From Escherichia coli (GTDB taxonomy: Bacteria > Pseudomonadota > Gammaproteobacteria > Enterobacterales > Enterobacteriaceae): DNA of 64,000 nt. The stretch is taken from the NCBI RefSeq assembly GCF_011045215.1, contig NZ_CP049201.1, one strand, 5' to 3'. The notes under the pieces are model-generated. The model did not search any database and was not told the DNA's origin. It worked only from the letters and a program-made list of their open reading frames with translations. The position numbers and the translations under genes are program-made. Position 1 is the stretch's first letter. Each line of letters starts with the position of its first letter. Of the stretch, positions 53,501 through 63,451 are shown in pieces.

Positions 53501-53770
53501 ATGCGATTAATACCACCCGTGACAAGAACAGTGTATAATATTAATAACCTACATTTGTTTGCAGATGGTTGTAAGATTATAAAAAACAGCCTGAAGGAAC
53601 AAAGGGAACAATGTGGTCAGATAGCGTTTTCAATAAATGAAATAGCACGAATAACGGATATGAATATCCGCCATGTCTGTGTATGCTTAAGTATTCTGGT
53701 TTGCGCTGAGGTGATGAGCTGTATTACCAATGAATGTGGGGAAAGAAAGTGGTTTCTTGTAACGAAATAA
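53501..53770 (+). CDS. PapI/FaeA-like small winged-helix regulator (putative)
   Basis: ~89 aa, GGAGG RBS; C-terminus ...RKWFLV like the PapI-family ...YWFLK ending. Confidence 0.45.
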   Translation: MRLIPPVTRTVYNINNLHLFADGCKIIKNSLKEQREQCGQIAFSINEIARITDMNIRHVCVCLSILVCAEVMSCITNECGERKWFLVTK

Positions 53771-53806
53771 AACTATAAGAGAAGGGGACTACACAGAGGG
53801 GGGATT

Positions 53807-54022
53807 ATGCATTTAAAATATGATGGTTGTGAAGTAATCATTAAATTTATGGCGGAACGTGATACAACATTATTACCATTAACTACACGACAGATTGCGG
53901 ATGGTTGTGCCATGTCTGTTTATGCTGCGCGTTATTATTTACAGAAACTCAGCAAGCTGCATGTTGTTGGGTCTGACAGAGTCGGTAAAGGTAGTGCTGT
54001 TCGGTGGTATTTGCAGATATAA
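53807..54022 (+). CDS. PapI/FaeA-like small winged-helix regulator
   Basis: 71 aa; VYAARYYLQKL...AVRWYL matches the PapI block DYQARYYLLLL...ATYWFL. Confidence 0.55.
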   Translation: MHLKYDGCEVIIKFMAERDTTLLPLTTRQIADGCAMSVYAARYYLQKLSKLHVVGSDRVGKGSAVRWYLQI

Positions 54023-54176
54023 TGAGTGTATCGCAGGAGTGTGTGTTTTGTTGTGAATTTCTGAGCTTGTAGTAAATATACGAACATAATTTTTAAAATT
54101 TAAACATTTAATATTAAATACCAGAGCTTTTTTTTGTGTAATAACTCAGAGGGGATTATATGGTCCGGAGGCTGTA

Positions 54177-55019
54177 TTGTATATGACTATGGCTGATGCG
54201 CGTCATTTACCTGTATTAATGTATCACCATATCAGTAATAATCCAGGGCTGGTGACGCTTTCACTCCGGACTTTCCGTGAGCAGATGCAGTGGCTGGCTG
54301 AAAATGGCTGGAAAACTGTTTCGGCAGCTGAAATGGAATTCTTTTATTGTGGCGGGAAACTGCCACGCAAAAGCGTCATGCTGACCTTTGATGACGGCTA
54401 CCTGGATAACTGGTTTTATGCCTTTCCGGTGTTACAGGCATTTGGTCTCCGGGCTCATATCTTTCTTGTCACGGGGCTTATCGGTGATGGTCCCGCCCGG
54501 CAACATGAAGAAAGCGGGGGGCGTCATATGTTTTCTCACCGGGAATGCGAGACCCTGATTGCACAGGGGCGGGCTGATGATGTCATGCTGCGCTGGTCTG
54601 AGGTCAGGGAAATGAGCCGGAGCGGGCTGGTCGAGTTTCATCTGCACACACATACCCACCGTCGCTGGGATCTGCTGGATAACGTCCGTGAGCCGTCCGT
54701 CTTTCTTGAGTCCGATATTCTTCTCGGACAGGCGCGAATGAGGCAAATGACCGGTTCATGCAGTCGTCATTTATGCTGGCCGGAGGGGTATTACAATCCG
54801 GACTATATCAGGGTGGCGGAGAAACTGGGATTCACCCACCTCTACACCACTGAGCGGCGGATGAATTCACCGGTGGCGGGTCCCCGGCGTATCGGGCGTA
54901 TCAGTACAAAGGAGCGTGAACATTCCGGCTGGCTGAAGCGCCGTCTCTTTTATTACACCACTCCGTTTTTTTCATCGCTTCTGGCCCTTCATAAGGGGCC
55001 CCGGCTGAATGATGACTGA
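54177..55019 (+). CDS. Polysaccharide deacetylase-family protein (Shf-like)
   Basis: NodB-type motifs (LMYHHI, MLTFDDGY); followed by glycosyltransferase and VirK-like genes as in shf-capU-virK loci. Confidence 0.7.
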   Translation: MYMTMADARHLPVLMYHHISNNPGLVTLSLRTFREQMQWLAENGWKTVSAAEMEFFYCGGKLPRKSVMLTFDDGYLDNWFYAFPVLQAFGLRAHIFLVTGLIGDGPARQHEESGGRHMFSHRECETLIAQGRADDVMLRWSEVREMSRSGLVEFHLHTHTHRRWDLLDNVREPSVFLESDILLGQARMRQMTGSCSRHLCWPEGYYNPDYIRVAEKLGFTHLYTTERRMNSPVAGPRRIGRISTKEREHSGWLKRRLFYYTTPFFSSLLALHKGPRLNDD

Positions 55020-55022
55020 GAG

Positions 55023-56126
55023 GTGGTGATGAAAATTCTTTATACCGAATCCTCTCCCAATATTGGTGGTCAGGAGTTGCAGGCGCTGGCTCAGATGGCT
55101 GCAATGCAGCGTGCCGGGCACAGTGTCATGCTGGCATGTCGCGAAAACAGCCGGATAGCCGCGGAAGCGGTCAGGCAGCAGACTGCGGTTACATATATTC
55201 CTTTCAGGAACAGTCTGCATTTTTCATCAGTCTGGCGACTCCGTCGTCTTGTTCTGACTTTCCGGCCGGATATGGTGGTGTGTCACAGCGGACATGACAG
55301 TAACACAGTGGCTCTGACCCGGGCCACGCTTACCGGAGGGGCGGGCAGGTTCAGTATTGTCCGTCAGAAGACATATCTGACCCGAAAGATGGAGGTGTTT
55401 TCGCTGAATCACTTCTGTGATGCCGTTGCTGTCCCCGGACAGGCGATGAAGGAGGCGCTGCAGGCTGCGGGATGTACAAACACCATCCGGGTGGTTTCAC
55501 CGGGATTTGATTTTGATGCAATCCGGGAAGCCATGAGCATGCCCCTGCCGGAACATGTTCGTGAATGGCTGGAAGCGAGAGCACCTCATCCGGTCATTGT
55601 TCAGATCGGAATGTTACGTCCGGAGAAAGGCCTGGATTTCATGCTGAAAACACTCTTTCATCTGAAACGTGAGGGAGGCCAGTTTCACTGGCTGATAGTC
55701 GGTGGCGGGCGTCCGGAAGAGGAGCGCCTGTTACGCCGTAAAATTCATGCGCTGGGGATGGAAGGGGGTGTACTGATATGCGGTTATCTTACGCCGGTAT
55801 ATCCGCTCTACAGGGTGGCTTCCCTGATGGTGATGCCTTCCACCTGTGAATCATTTGGTATGGCTGCAGTGGAGGCTGCTGCATGTGGTGTGCCGGTAAT
55901 GGCCAGTAATACAGGAGGGTTATCTTCCGTCATTCATCATGAGCGGACCGGTATTCTGCTCCCGCCGGATAACCGGCAGGCCTGGCTGGAAGCCCTGCGT
56001 GCGTACCTGTCCGCACCGGCCGGGTTCGCGGAAATGGCGGCCATGGCCCGCAGGGATGTGATGAGTCGTTTCAGTATGGAGGTAACCCTTGACAGGCTGT
56101 TGTCGCTGGGCTGTCTGCCCTTCTGA
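55023..56126 (+). CDS. GT4-family glycosyltransferase (CapU/RfbU-like)
   Basis: 367 aa; C-terminal GT-B donor-binding region (ESFGMAAVEAAACGVPVMASNTGG). Confidence 0.7.
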   Translation: MVMKILYTESSPNIGGQELQALAQMAAMQRAGHSVMLACRENSRIAAEAVRQQTAVTYIPFRNSLHFSSVWRLRRLVLTFRPDMVVCHSGHDSNTVALTRATLTGGAGRFSIVRQKTYLTRKMEVFSLNHFCDAVAVPGQAMKEALQAAGCTNTIRVVSPGFDFDAIREAMSMPLPEHVREWLEARAPHPVIVQIGMLRPEKGLDFMLKTLFHLKREGGQFHWLIVGGGRPEEERLLRRKIHALGMEGGVLICGYLTPVYPLYRVASLMVMPSTCESFGMAAVEAAACGVPVMASNTGGLSSVIHHERTGILLPPDNRQAWLEALRAYLSAPAGFAEMAAMARRDVMSRFSMEVTLDRLLSLGCLPF

Positions 56127-56207
56127 TGTTGCCTGTACAGGAGACGGGTATTTTGTTTTTGAGTTATGGACTGTGTTATCTGATATCTGACATACCATCT
56201 GAATATT

Positions 56208-57149
56208 ATGAGTAATCTGTCTGTTATTTCGCTTGTTGTGAAACTGATGACTGGCCGTACTTTCCACAGAGGGAAGTGGGAGGACAGAAAGTTTCGTTAT
56301 AAATTTCTGCTGCGTTGTTGTTGTCATCCTCTGATCACAACCCATTATTTTCGTGCCCTGTGTGAACTGAGCGATATCGACGATCTTCTTGAGGTCAACC
56401 CGACCTTACCGGCCAAGATTCACCGTCCCTATCTCTTCCGGAACAGTCGCACCGGATTCCGGGTACAGGCAGTTCTTGACCATTATCATCTTATCCGGAG
56501 CCTTCCGCAGGAGGTCAGGCGAATGCTGAACGTCAGCCGGGAAACATCGCTTGTCCGCACCGAAGGGAAGGACGGCAGGTGGCTGGATATCAGTTGTTCC
56601 CCCTGTGGCTTTGACCGCGAGGGGGAGCTGATGCTGATACTGCGTTTTAATGGTGAGGTTATCACCCGTATTTCCTTCACACTTCTTTACTGGCAGGGGC
56701 ACCGGATGGTGTTTGTCGGGGGATTGCAGGGGCCTGCAGCGGGGACGGGCACAGCGATTATCCGGGAGGCCACCCGTGCCTGTTATGGCCTGTTTCCGCG
56801 CCGTCTGCTCTGTGAGGCACTGAGTGTGGTGGCAGGGATGTGCGGAGCCGGGGGGATAGTGGCTGTCAGTGAGGACAATCATGTGATGCGGCAGTTGCGT
56901 TATTTTTACCAGAAAAAGGGCCGGTTTGTTGCCCGTTACAGTGAGTGCTGGAAGTCTGCCGGAGGAAAATATTTTGATGGGTTCTGGTACCTGCCTCCGG
57001 AACTACCCCGTAAAGATGCCGGTGAAATCCCTGCAAGAAAACGGGCTGAGTACAGAAGGCGAAATGCCCTGCTTGATGAGGTACGGCGAGGGCTGATGGC
57101 TGCACAGCAGAATGGCTGTGATTTCAGAAACACAATAACGCTGATGTAA
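56208..57149 (+). CDS. VirK/YbjX-family protein (DUF535-like)
   Basis: 313 aa; size and position after the deacetylase and glycosyltransferase; family recalled, not verified. Confidence 0.55.
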   Translation: MSNLSVISLVVKLMTGRTFHRGKWEDRKFRYKFLLRCCCHPLITTHYFRALCELSDIDDLLEVNPTLPAKIHRPYLFRNSRTGFRVQAVLDHYHLIRSLPQEVRRMLNVSRETSLVRTEGKDGRWLDISCSPCGFDREGELMLILRFNGEVITRISFTLLYWQGHRMVFVGGLQGPAAGTGTAIIREATRACYGLFPRRLLCEALSVVAGMCGAGGIVAVSEDNHVMRQLRYFYQKKGRFVARYSECWKSAGGKYFDGFWYLPPELPRKDAGEIPARKRAEYRRRNALLDEVRRGLMAAQQNGCDFRNTITLM

Positions 57150-57154
57150 CCAGG

Positions 57155-58108
57155 ATGATGATGAAAAGCTGTATTCAGGCGGCCCTGATGGCTGCTGTTC
57201 TGCCGGGGGTATTCAGTCACCAGGCGGGGGCTGCTGAAGTGTCTGCTGCTCCGGAAGTCAGACGTGAACAGTCTGTACTGCCGTTTTTCCGGGAGCTGGC
57301 AGAAGGTTATGAACTGCCGGAACCATTTGGTGTTAATCTGAATTATATGCAAATCCGGCAGGGGATATCGGTGGACAGTATCCGGTTTTCCGGGTTACAC
57401 CTGGGCAGACTTCCTCTGGATAATATTGTACATATTGATGCCGGAAAGACCCGACAGAAAAGTCATACCGGAACACTCCGGTTTGATGCATGGGTGTTTC
57501 CTTTTATGAATCTGTATGGGCTTCTGGGAAAAACAACCGGACAGTCTGTATCAGATATCCGGGTCCGAACACCTCTGTTTACCGGCGGGGCGTTTCCGGG
57601 GGCCGGTACACAGAACCTGAAGTTCCGTCTGGATTTTCAGGGAACCACATATGGTGTCGGCACCACCCTGGTGGGCGGGATGAATAACTGGTTCACCTCG
57701 CTGGATGCCAATTATACGCAGACACGCTTTGATATTCTTGATGGTCATATTGATACTGTCACATTCTCACCCCGGGTGGGGTATTACTTTGATGTCCCTT
57801 CGGTACCGGTACTGCAGAGTTCTGCGGGCAGAATGAGTGTATGGGTCGGGGGGATGTACCAGGATGTTGAACAGCGCTTCAGGGGTAAACTGAATGACCT
57901 GAATATGCCATCACCTGCACTGCAGGCGGGGTTGTCACAACTGAATAAAACGGGGGATGCGCGTTTTGATGTCAGGCAGCATCTGAAAAAACCGTGGAAC
58001 ATGCTGGCTGGCATACGCTATGACCCCAGCCGGCACTTCAGTCTTATCGCCGAAGCGGGGTTTGAAAAGCGGAAAAGTTTTTTTGTTTCCGGTGAATACC
58101 GGTTCTGA
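57155..58108 (+). CDS. Putative outer-membrane beta-barrel protein
   Basis: Signal peptide, alternating beta-strand pattern, C-terminal aromatic residue (...GEYRF). Confidence 0.55.
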   Translation: MMMKSCIQAALMAAVLPGVFSHQAGAAEVSAAPEVRREQSVLPFFRELAEGYELPEPFGVNLNYMQIRQGISVDSIRFSGLHLGRLPLDNIVHIDAGKTRQKSHTGTLRFDAWVFPFMNLYGLLGKTTGQSVSDIRVRTPLFTGGAFPGAGTQNLKFRLDFQGTTYGVGTTLVGGMNNWFTSLDANYTQTRFDILDGHIDTVTFSPRVGYYFDVPSVPVLQSSAGRMSVWVGGMYQDVEQRFRGKLNDLNMPSPALQAGLSQLNKTGDARFDVRQHLKKPWNMLAGIRYDPSRHFSLIAEAGFEKRKSFFVSGEYRF

Positions 58109-58305
58109 ACCTGGAGAAGACAGCCCGGTGGATACGGCGATAATATAATTATCGCCGTATCAGGATAAATACCATGATTAGATTCAGCGGGTGCACAAAA
58201 AAGAAATAATGCCGGGCTGACGATAATAAAATTTAATATATTAATATCTTTGTGGAATATTTGTTGCAATGTGTATGTTATTCCCGCATGCACAGGAGAT
58301 TATCT

Positions 58306-58557
58306 ATGTGTGACAAAACCATGAAACGCAGGGACAATACCGCATTATATCAGGATGACTGTGAAGCACTGCTCCTCTGGATGAAATTCCGGGAGGATAA
58401 ATATGGTGAAGTCTTGTTTCGTGTTATTGATATTGCGTACGGACTGGATATGTCTGTGCGCCAGTGTTGTATCTGTCTGAATTTTTTGTATGAAGCCGGA
58501 CTGGTGGATTACGACGAAAATAATAACAGGTTGTCCAGACAGTGGTTTCTTGTCTGA
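58306..58557 (+). CDS. PapI/FaeA-like small winged-helix regulator (putative)
   Basis: ~83 aa from the ATG at 58306 (AGGAG RBS); paralogous to 53501 (DMSVRQCCICLNFL...QWFLV). Confidence 0.45.
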   Translation: MCDKTMKRRDNTALYQDDCEALLLWMKFREDKYGEVLFRVIDIAYGLDMSVRQCCICLNFLYEAGLVDYDENNNRLSRQWFLV

Positions 58558-58649
58558 CAAAGACAGGACGGAAATCTGATATCCGGTAATATCTGAAACG
58601 GCATTCATATATTACTGCGGAGTGAATTTCATAACCGGAATAATGCAGT

Positions 58650-59795
58650 ATGGGATATATTACTGACAGACAACAGAAAATAAAATGGTTGTTATTTTTG
58701 TTGTTATGGTGTTGTCAGGCGCAGGCCGCACTTCCGCTTCCTTTATGGCTGGACGGGAAGGAAATGACAACGAGTGCCTGGCCGGTTATGCCTCCGTTAT
58801 CCCCCCCGGAGGGGTTACGGGCCTGCTGTGCGTTTGGGTATGACCTGGGGGTGAGGGTGCCGTGGCTCCGTACACCATTGCCATTCTTTCATCTGGACAA
58901 TGTGGTGGAGGCCGGCAGTACCGGGGGACACCATTACAACGACAGTTTTGTTTCCGGCATGTTGTCTCTGACAGGGGGCGGAAGAGAGCATAACGGTATC
59001 ATTTTCACCACGCAGGGGGGATTTGTTGATACGGCGCATGTCCGTGATACGGCGGATATGACGGTGTTTATTTTTACCCGTCTGTGGCCACGTCTGGGGC
59101 AGGCGTTTGTGTTGTCTCCGGGCAGAGATGAACTGGCACAACGGCGGCTGGTTTTCCGGGCATTCACTCCCCCGTCTTCCGTCCGGGACCGTTATGTGCT
59201 GGCCGCGGAAATATCAGCCCGTCTGGCATACCAGCTGGCGGTATGGCATGAAATTGCACAGTGGTACGGCTTCGAATCCGTACCGGGTTATCCTGAAACT
59301 GTGTCGGCATTTTCACCGGAGGATCTGTGGTCCAATCTTCTGGGGGCAAGAGTGGCCCTCTCTCTTATCTTCAGCGGACAGACGGCAGACAGGCGAATGT
59401 ATGAAACGGCCATGCAGAATGCGCTGAAACAGGTGCTGGTTCATCTGGGAGGTGGCGCGGTGTCCCGTACCCGTTTTCAGCTCCGTATGCTGGACAGGGT
59501 GTGGTGGAACAGCCGGTGTCTTCTGCCGGACAAGTGGCTGGTGATAAAGCGCAATTATGATGTTGATGCGGACCGGCTTCCCGTATCTGTTCCGGGGGGC
59601 GATATGAAGCCACTGCGCCTGTCGCTCCCTCTCAGACCGGAAGCCGCGGTGCTGGCGGAATTACAGCTCTGGCCCGGACAGGACATGAAGCGTCTTCCGG
59701 TACCGGAAGGGTATTACACCGGGAAGGATTTTGCGGGGCTGGCGTCCCGGGCCCGGGCCGGGGACAGTGTCTCCCGTGACAGATTCTGTCCGTGA
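58650..59795 (+). CDS. Hypothetical exported protein
   Basis: 381 aa; N-terminal hydrophobic signal-like segment; no family recognised. Confidence 0.45.
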   Translation: MGYITDRQQKIKWLLFLLLWCCQAQAALPLPLWLDGKEMTTSAWPVMPPLSPPEGLRACCAFGYDLGVRVPWLRTPLPFFHLDNVVEAGSTGGHHYNDSFVSGMLSLTGGGREHNGIIFTTQGGFVDTAHVRDTADMTVFIFTRLWPRLGQAFVLSPGRDELAQRRLVFRAFTPPSSVRDRYVLAAEISARLAYQLAVWHEIAQWYGFESVPGYPETVSAFSPEDLWSNLLGARVALSLIFSGQTADRRMYETAMQNALKQVLVHLGGGAVSRTRFQLRMLDRVWWNSRCLLPDKWLVIKRNYDVDADRLPVSVPGGDMKPLRLSLPLRPEAAVLAELQLWPGQDMKRLPVPEGYYTGKDFAGLASRARAGDSVSRDRFCP

Positions 59796-59829
59796 GAGGG
59801 TGTGTTTTGGGTTGCAGGGAGTGGATGTT

Positions 59830-60708
59830 ATGAACATTCAGGTGGAACATCACAGGGGAGCATGGCGTCTCATTTTACTTCTGGCAGGTATTGTCATACC
59901 GGTTTACGGGTACAGTCATGAACTGTCAGGCACTTATGCCAGAATATTAAGTATGCATTTTTCGGATGACATCAGTGCTTCCGGATTGCGGACAGAGGGA
60001 GGGGGGAAATATTCCCGCTGGACTGTTCCCTGGCACAGCGAATGTCTGTATGACACGGGGATGGTCTGCTCCGGGGTGTACCTCAGGGGAAGTTATATTG
60101 ACCTGAAAGGGGATGTTGATGATGGTGCCGTGGTTCACTGGCGGTCATATGGCACGCTTGTGGGGACAGATGTCACCGTCAGGTTGTCTGAACATGTTTC
60201 AGTCAGGGGAGGTCTGGGCGTGGGATATGCCCGGGTTCGCAACATGAGTCGCGGGATGGAAGGTGATGAAAATTATGAAGAGGTGCTGGGGTGGGAGCGA
60301 AAAAATGCCCTGATTGTTTCCCCCGAAATCAGCAGTACGATAACGTCCGGTAATTTTACCCTGAGTCCGGGTCTCTCATTTTTATCCCTGCGTGAATTCT
60401 CATCATCCCGTCATGATATTGGTTCGCACGCGGGAAGTTATTCCGTCAGGATGACTTATACGTTCCGGGATGTGTTCCGTGTGATGGGGCGCGGAAGTGA
60501 TGTCATTGTGGAAAACAATACCGGAGGTTTTTACGGTCCGGGCTGGAAAGAAGACCTGGGATTCAGTCTGGTGAATGAGACGCAACTGTTGTTCAGTATT
60601 CCCTTCTGTGTTGGTGGTCATGTTTTCTCTCTGCGTGCCGGGCCGGGCTTCATAAAGGGGAACGGGGGAGTCAGAGGGGTGTCATTTTCTTTTGGTCTGA
60701 AAACATGA
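59830..60708 (+). CDS. Hypothetical exported beta-rich protein (possible outer-membrane protein)
   Basis: ~292 aa from the ATG at 59830; signal-like N-terminus; Gly/Ser/Tyr-rich alternating pattern. Confidence 0.4.
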   Translation: MNIQVEHHRGAWRLILLLAGIVIPVYGYSHELSGTYARILSMHFSDDISASGLRTEGGGKYSRWTVPWHSECLYDTGMVCSGVYLRGSYIDLKGDVDDGAVVHWRSYGTLVGTDVTVRLSEHVSVRGGLGVGYARVRNMSRGMEGDENYEEVLGWERKNALIVSPEISSTITSGNFTLSPGLSFLSLREFSSSRHDIGSHAGSYSVRMTYTFRDVFRVMGRGSDVIVENNTGGFYGPGWKEDLGFSLVNETQLLFSIPFCVGGHVFSLRAGPGFIKGNGGVRGVSFSFGLKT

Positions 60709-60728
60709 TGTGAAATCAGAAAAACAAC

Positions 60729-61568
60729 ATGAATGATAAAAAGACAGGGACGGCGCTGATACGGAAAATGACCATTGACAGGATTATCGAATATATCGAA
60801 CTTCATCTTGAAAGTGGTAAACGGATGAGCATTCATTCACTGAGTGCTTATTCCGGTTACTGCCGCAGACATCTGCAGCGTATTTTTCTGCTGGAGACGG
60901 GAATGCGGCTGGGCGAATATATTCGTCGCAGGCGACTGAGTCGGGCTGCCCTGCTCTGTCGCCTGTCGTTACGTGGGTTTCAGGATATTGCCTGTAGTCT
61001 GGGATTTGATTCCCAGCAGACATTTAACCGTGAATTCAGGAAAACAGCCGGCGTGACGCCCGGACAGTACCGCAGCCAGCCGGAATGGCGGCTTTTGCCG
61101 CTGGCAGGTCGTGCCGGCATCTCTTTTTCTGTTCCGGTCCCGGAGAGGGTTCATCTTCCGGAAGGCCGTATTGTGGGACGACCACTGACGTTTTCCGGCC
61201 GTATACATGAGGTCCGGGATAACGGGGCGGCGGCATTTTCCGAAAGTGTGTTTGCCTGTCAGCAGGAGGCTCAGTGGTTGGTGGTGACGGCAATAACGCC
61301 GGTGGGAGGCAGGAAAGGGGATTATGAGGTCCGTTGTGGTGTGGGCGCACCGGATAACCCGTGCGGAAACGTCTTCTCATGGGCCGAGGGGGATTACCTG
61401 TCTGTCACGTTTGAGACCACAACGACCACCCATGCGGCCCGTGCAGATTACATTTATATGAACATCCTGCCCGCTCATGGAGTTGTCCGTACGCCCGGGG
61501 TGGACATACTCGTCTTTCGTTACCATGAGGAGCGGGTGTTCTGTACGCTTTACATCCCGGTCAGTTAA
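60729..61568 (+). CDS. AraC-family regulator, Rob-like (N-terminal HTH, C-terminal GyrI-like domain)
   Basis: 279 aa; N-terminal AraC HTH pair; C-terminal ~150 aa effector-binding-like domain. Confidence 0.65.
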   Translation: MNDKKTGTALIRKMTIDRIIEYIELHLESGKRMSIHSLSAYSGYCRRHLQRIFLLETGMRLGEYIRRRRLSRAALLCRLSLRGFQDIACSLGFDSQQTFNREFRKTAGVTPGQYRSQPEWRLLPLAGRAGISFSVPVPERVHLPEGRIVGRPLTFSGRIHEVRDNGAAAFSESVFACQQEAQWLVVTAITPVGGRKGDYEVRCGVGAPDNPCGNVFSWAEGDYLSVTFETTTTTHAARADYIYMNILPAHGVVRTPGVDILVFRYHEERVFCTLYIPVS

Positions 61569-61786
61569 CCGGAAGGGCGGTGCCGGAGACAGACATTCAG
61601 GGGGGAGTAGTGAAATTTCGCTGATGCTGAATGATGAGTCCGGGGAGGGGCATGAGAAAGAAAACGGCCGGAGATTGTCAGGCGCGTTATCAGTGGGAGG
61701 GAGCGGAGAAATAATGTTTTATAAAAGATTAAAAAACCGGGCATGTGGTTCTGATTAACAGGAGTAATGTTTTACGGTGTAATATT

Positions 61787-62032
61787 ATGTTCAGGAAAAG
61801 ATGTTTATTATGTTACCCGGTACTGACCGTGTTATTCTGTATTACATCCTGTGTTCCGCCAGATGAAGCGATTTACAGCGGCAGGGAACAGATTATAACA
61901 GGAGGGGCAGGTACACCGATATATAAAGAGGACAGTAAAGGACATCAGAAGCGCGATATACGAATGGAACGAATCAGGGACCATGGGTGTGAAGATAACA
62001 GTACAGACTGTGGCAGACCATTTGGCTGGTAG
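61787..62032 (+). CDS. Small putative lipoprotein
   Basis: ~81 aa; signal peptide with lipobox-like ITSC. Confidence 0.3.
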   Translation: MFRKRCLLCYPVLTVLFCITSCVPPDEAIYSGREQIITGGAGTPIYKEDSKGHQKRDIRMERIRDHGCEDNSTDCGRPFGW

Positions 62033-62200
62033 TTATTGTCAGGAAGCGTCTGGTGTTTATTATTTTTATGCACACGTCGTGGCAGGGGATTAACAGAAGA
62101 TGATTTCTGATATGTGTTATTCCTGATTTTTCTCAGGGTTGCGCCGGGTGCTCAGGATATATAGCCAGGAGAATTCTTCGGGAAGAGGAGAGCCTCTTAT

Positions 62201-63451
62201 TTGTTAATGAGAAAAGCAGAAGTGAATGACTCTTTCATCACAAAAATCCTGACAGGTAATAACGTTCTGCGTGCTGCAATTGCCCGCATTGAGTGGGTTT
62301 TTGAAACATTTCCGTCGGTATGTCTGTCTTTTTCAGGTGGAAAGGATTCCACCGTACTGTTCCATCTTGTGGCAAATGTGGCCCGCAGGAAAAAACGTCG
62401 ATTCTCTGTACTGTTCATTGACTGGGAAGCCCAGTACCAGTGTACCGTTGAACATATTCAGAAGATGCGGAATATGTACGGGGATGTGACGGAGACCTTT
62501 TACTGGGTGGCACTTCCCCTGACCACGGTAAACGGTGTCTCACAGTTTCAGCCGGAGTGGATATGCTGGGAACCTGGTGTGACCTGGGTCCGTCAGCCAC
62601 CGGAAGAGGCCATTACGGATATGGCGTATTTTCCCTTCTACCGGTATGCCATGACCTTTGAAGAATTTGTTCCGGCATTTTCTTCCTGGTTTGCCGGTAA
62701 CCGGTGCGGTGTGGCGATACTGACTGGTGTCCGTGCGGATGAATCCCTCAACCGCTTTATGGGACTGGTGTCTCAGCGTAAGCTCAGATATGCCGATGAT
62801 AAACCCTGGACCACGGCATCACCTCAAGGGTTTTACTACACCATGTATCCATTGTATGACTGGAAAGCCCGTGATATCTGGATATATAACGCCAGAACCC
62901 GTGCCATCTACAATCCCCTGTATGACCTGATGTACCGTGCCGGTGTGCCGTTACGTAACATGCGTGTCTGTGAGCCTTTTGGCCCGGAACAACGTAAGGG
63001 GCTGTGGCTTTACCATGTTCTGGAGCCGGAAACCTGGGCCAGGATGTGTGAGCGGGTGTCAGGGGCTGCCAGTGGGGCGCGTTATGCCAATGAAAGCGGT
63101 GCCTATTTTGCCCTGCGTAAACGTATATCAAAACCGGCTCATCATACCTGGCGCAGCTATGCGATGTTCCTGCTGGATGTGATGCCGGAAAGAACGGCAG
63201 AACATTACCGTAACAAAATTGCTGTCTACCTGCGCTGGTATCAAACGCGGGGCTTCCCGGACGATATCCCGGATGAACAGGAAAATGACCTGGGCTGCCG
63301 GGATATTCCGTCCTGGCGACGTATCTGTAAGACACTCATAAAGAATGATTTCTGGTGCCGGACCCTCTCCTTCAGCCCGAACAAACCCCGGCACTATGAA
63401 CGTTACCTGCAGCGTATGAAAGAAAGGAGGAAGGAATGGGGGATTCTGTGA
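62201..63451 (+). CDS. PAPS-reductase-family (PP-loop) protein, IbrA-like
   Basis: PP-loop motif SFSGGKDS near the N-terminus; ~415 aa; stop overlaps the start of the downstream ParB-like gene; start TTG at 62201 or ATG at 62207. Confidence 0.7.
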   Translation: MLMRKAEVNDSFITKILTGNNVLRAAIARIEWVFETFPSVCLSFSGGKDSTVLFHLVANVARRKKRRFSVLFIDWEAQYQCTVEHIQKMRNMYGDVTETFYWVALPLTTVNGVSQFQPEWICWEPGVTWVRQPPEEAITDMAYFPFYRYAMTFEEFVPAFSSWFAGNRCGVAILTGVRADESLNRFMGLVSQRKLRYADDKPWTTASPQGFYYTMYPLYDWKARDIWIYNARTRAIYNPLYDLMYRAGVPLRNMRVCEPFGPEQRKGLWLYHVLEPETWARMCERVSGAASGARYANESGAYFALRKRISKPAHHTWRSYAMFLLDVMPERTAEHYRNKIAVYLRWYQTRGFPDDIPDEQENDLGCRDIPSWRRICKTLIKNDFWCRTLSFSPNKPRHYERYLQRMKERRKEWGIL

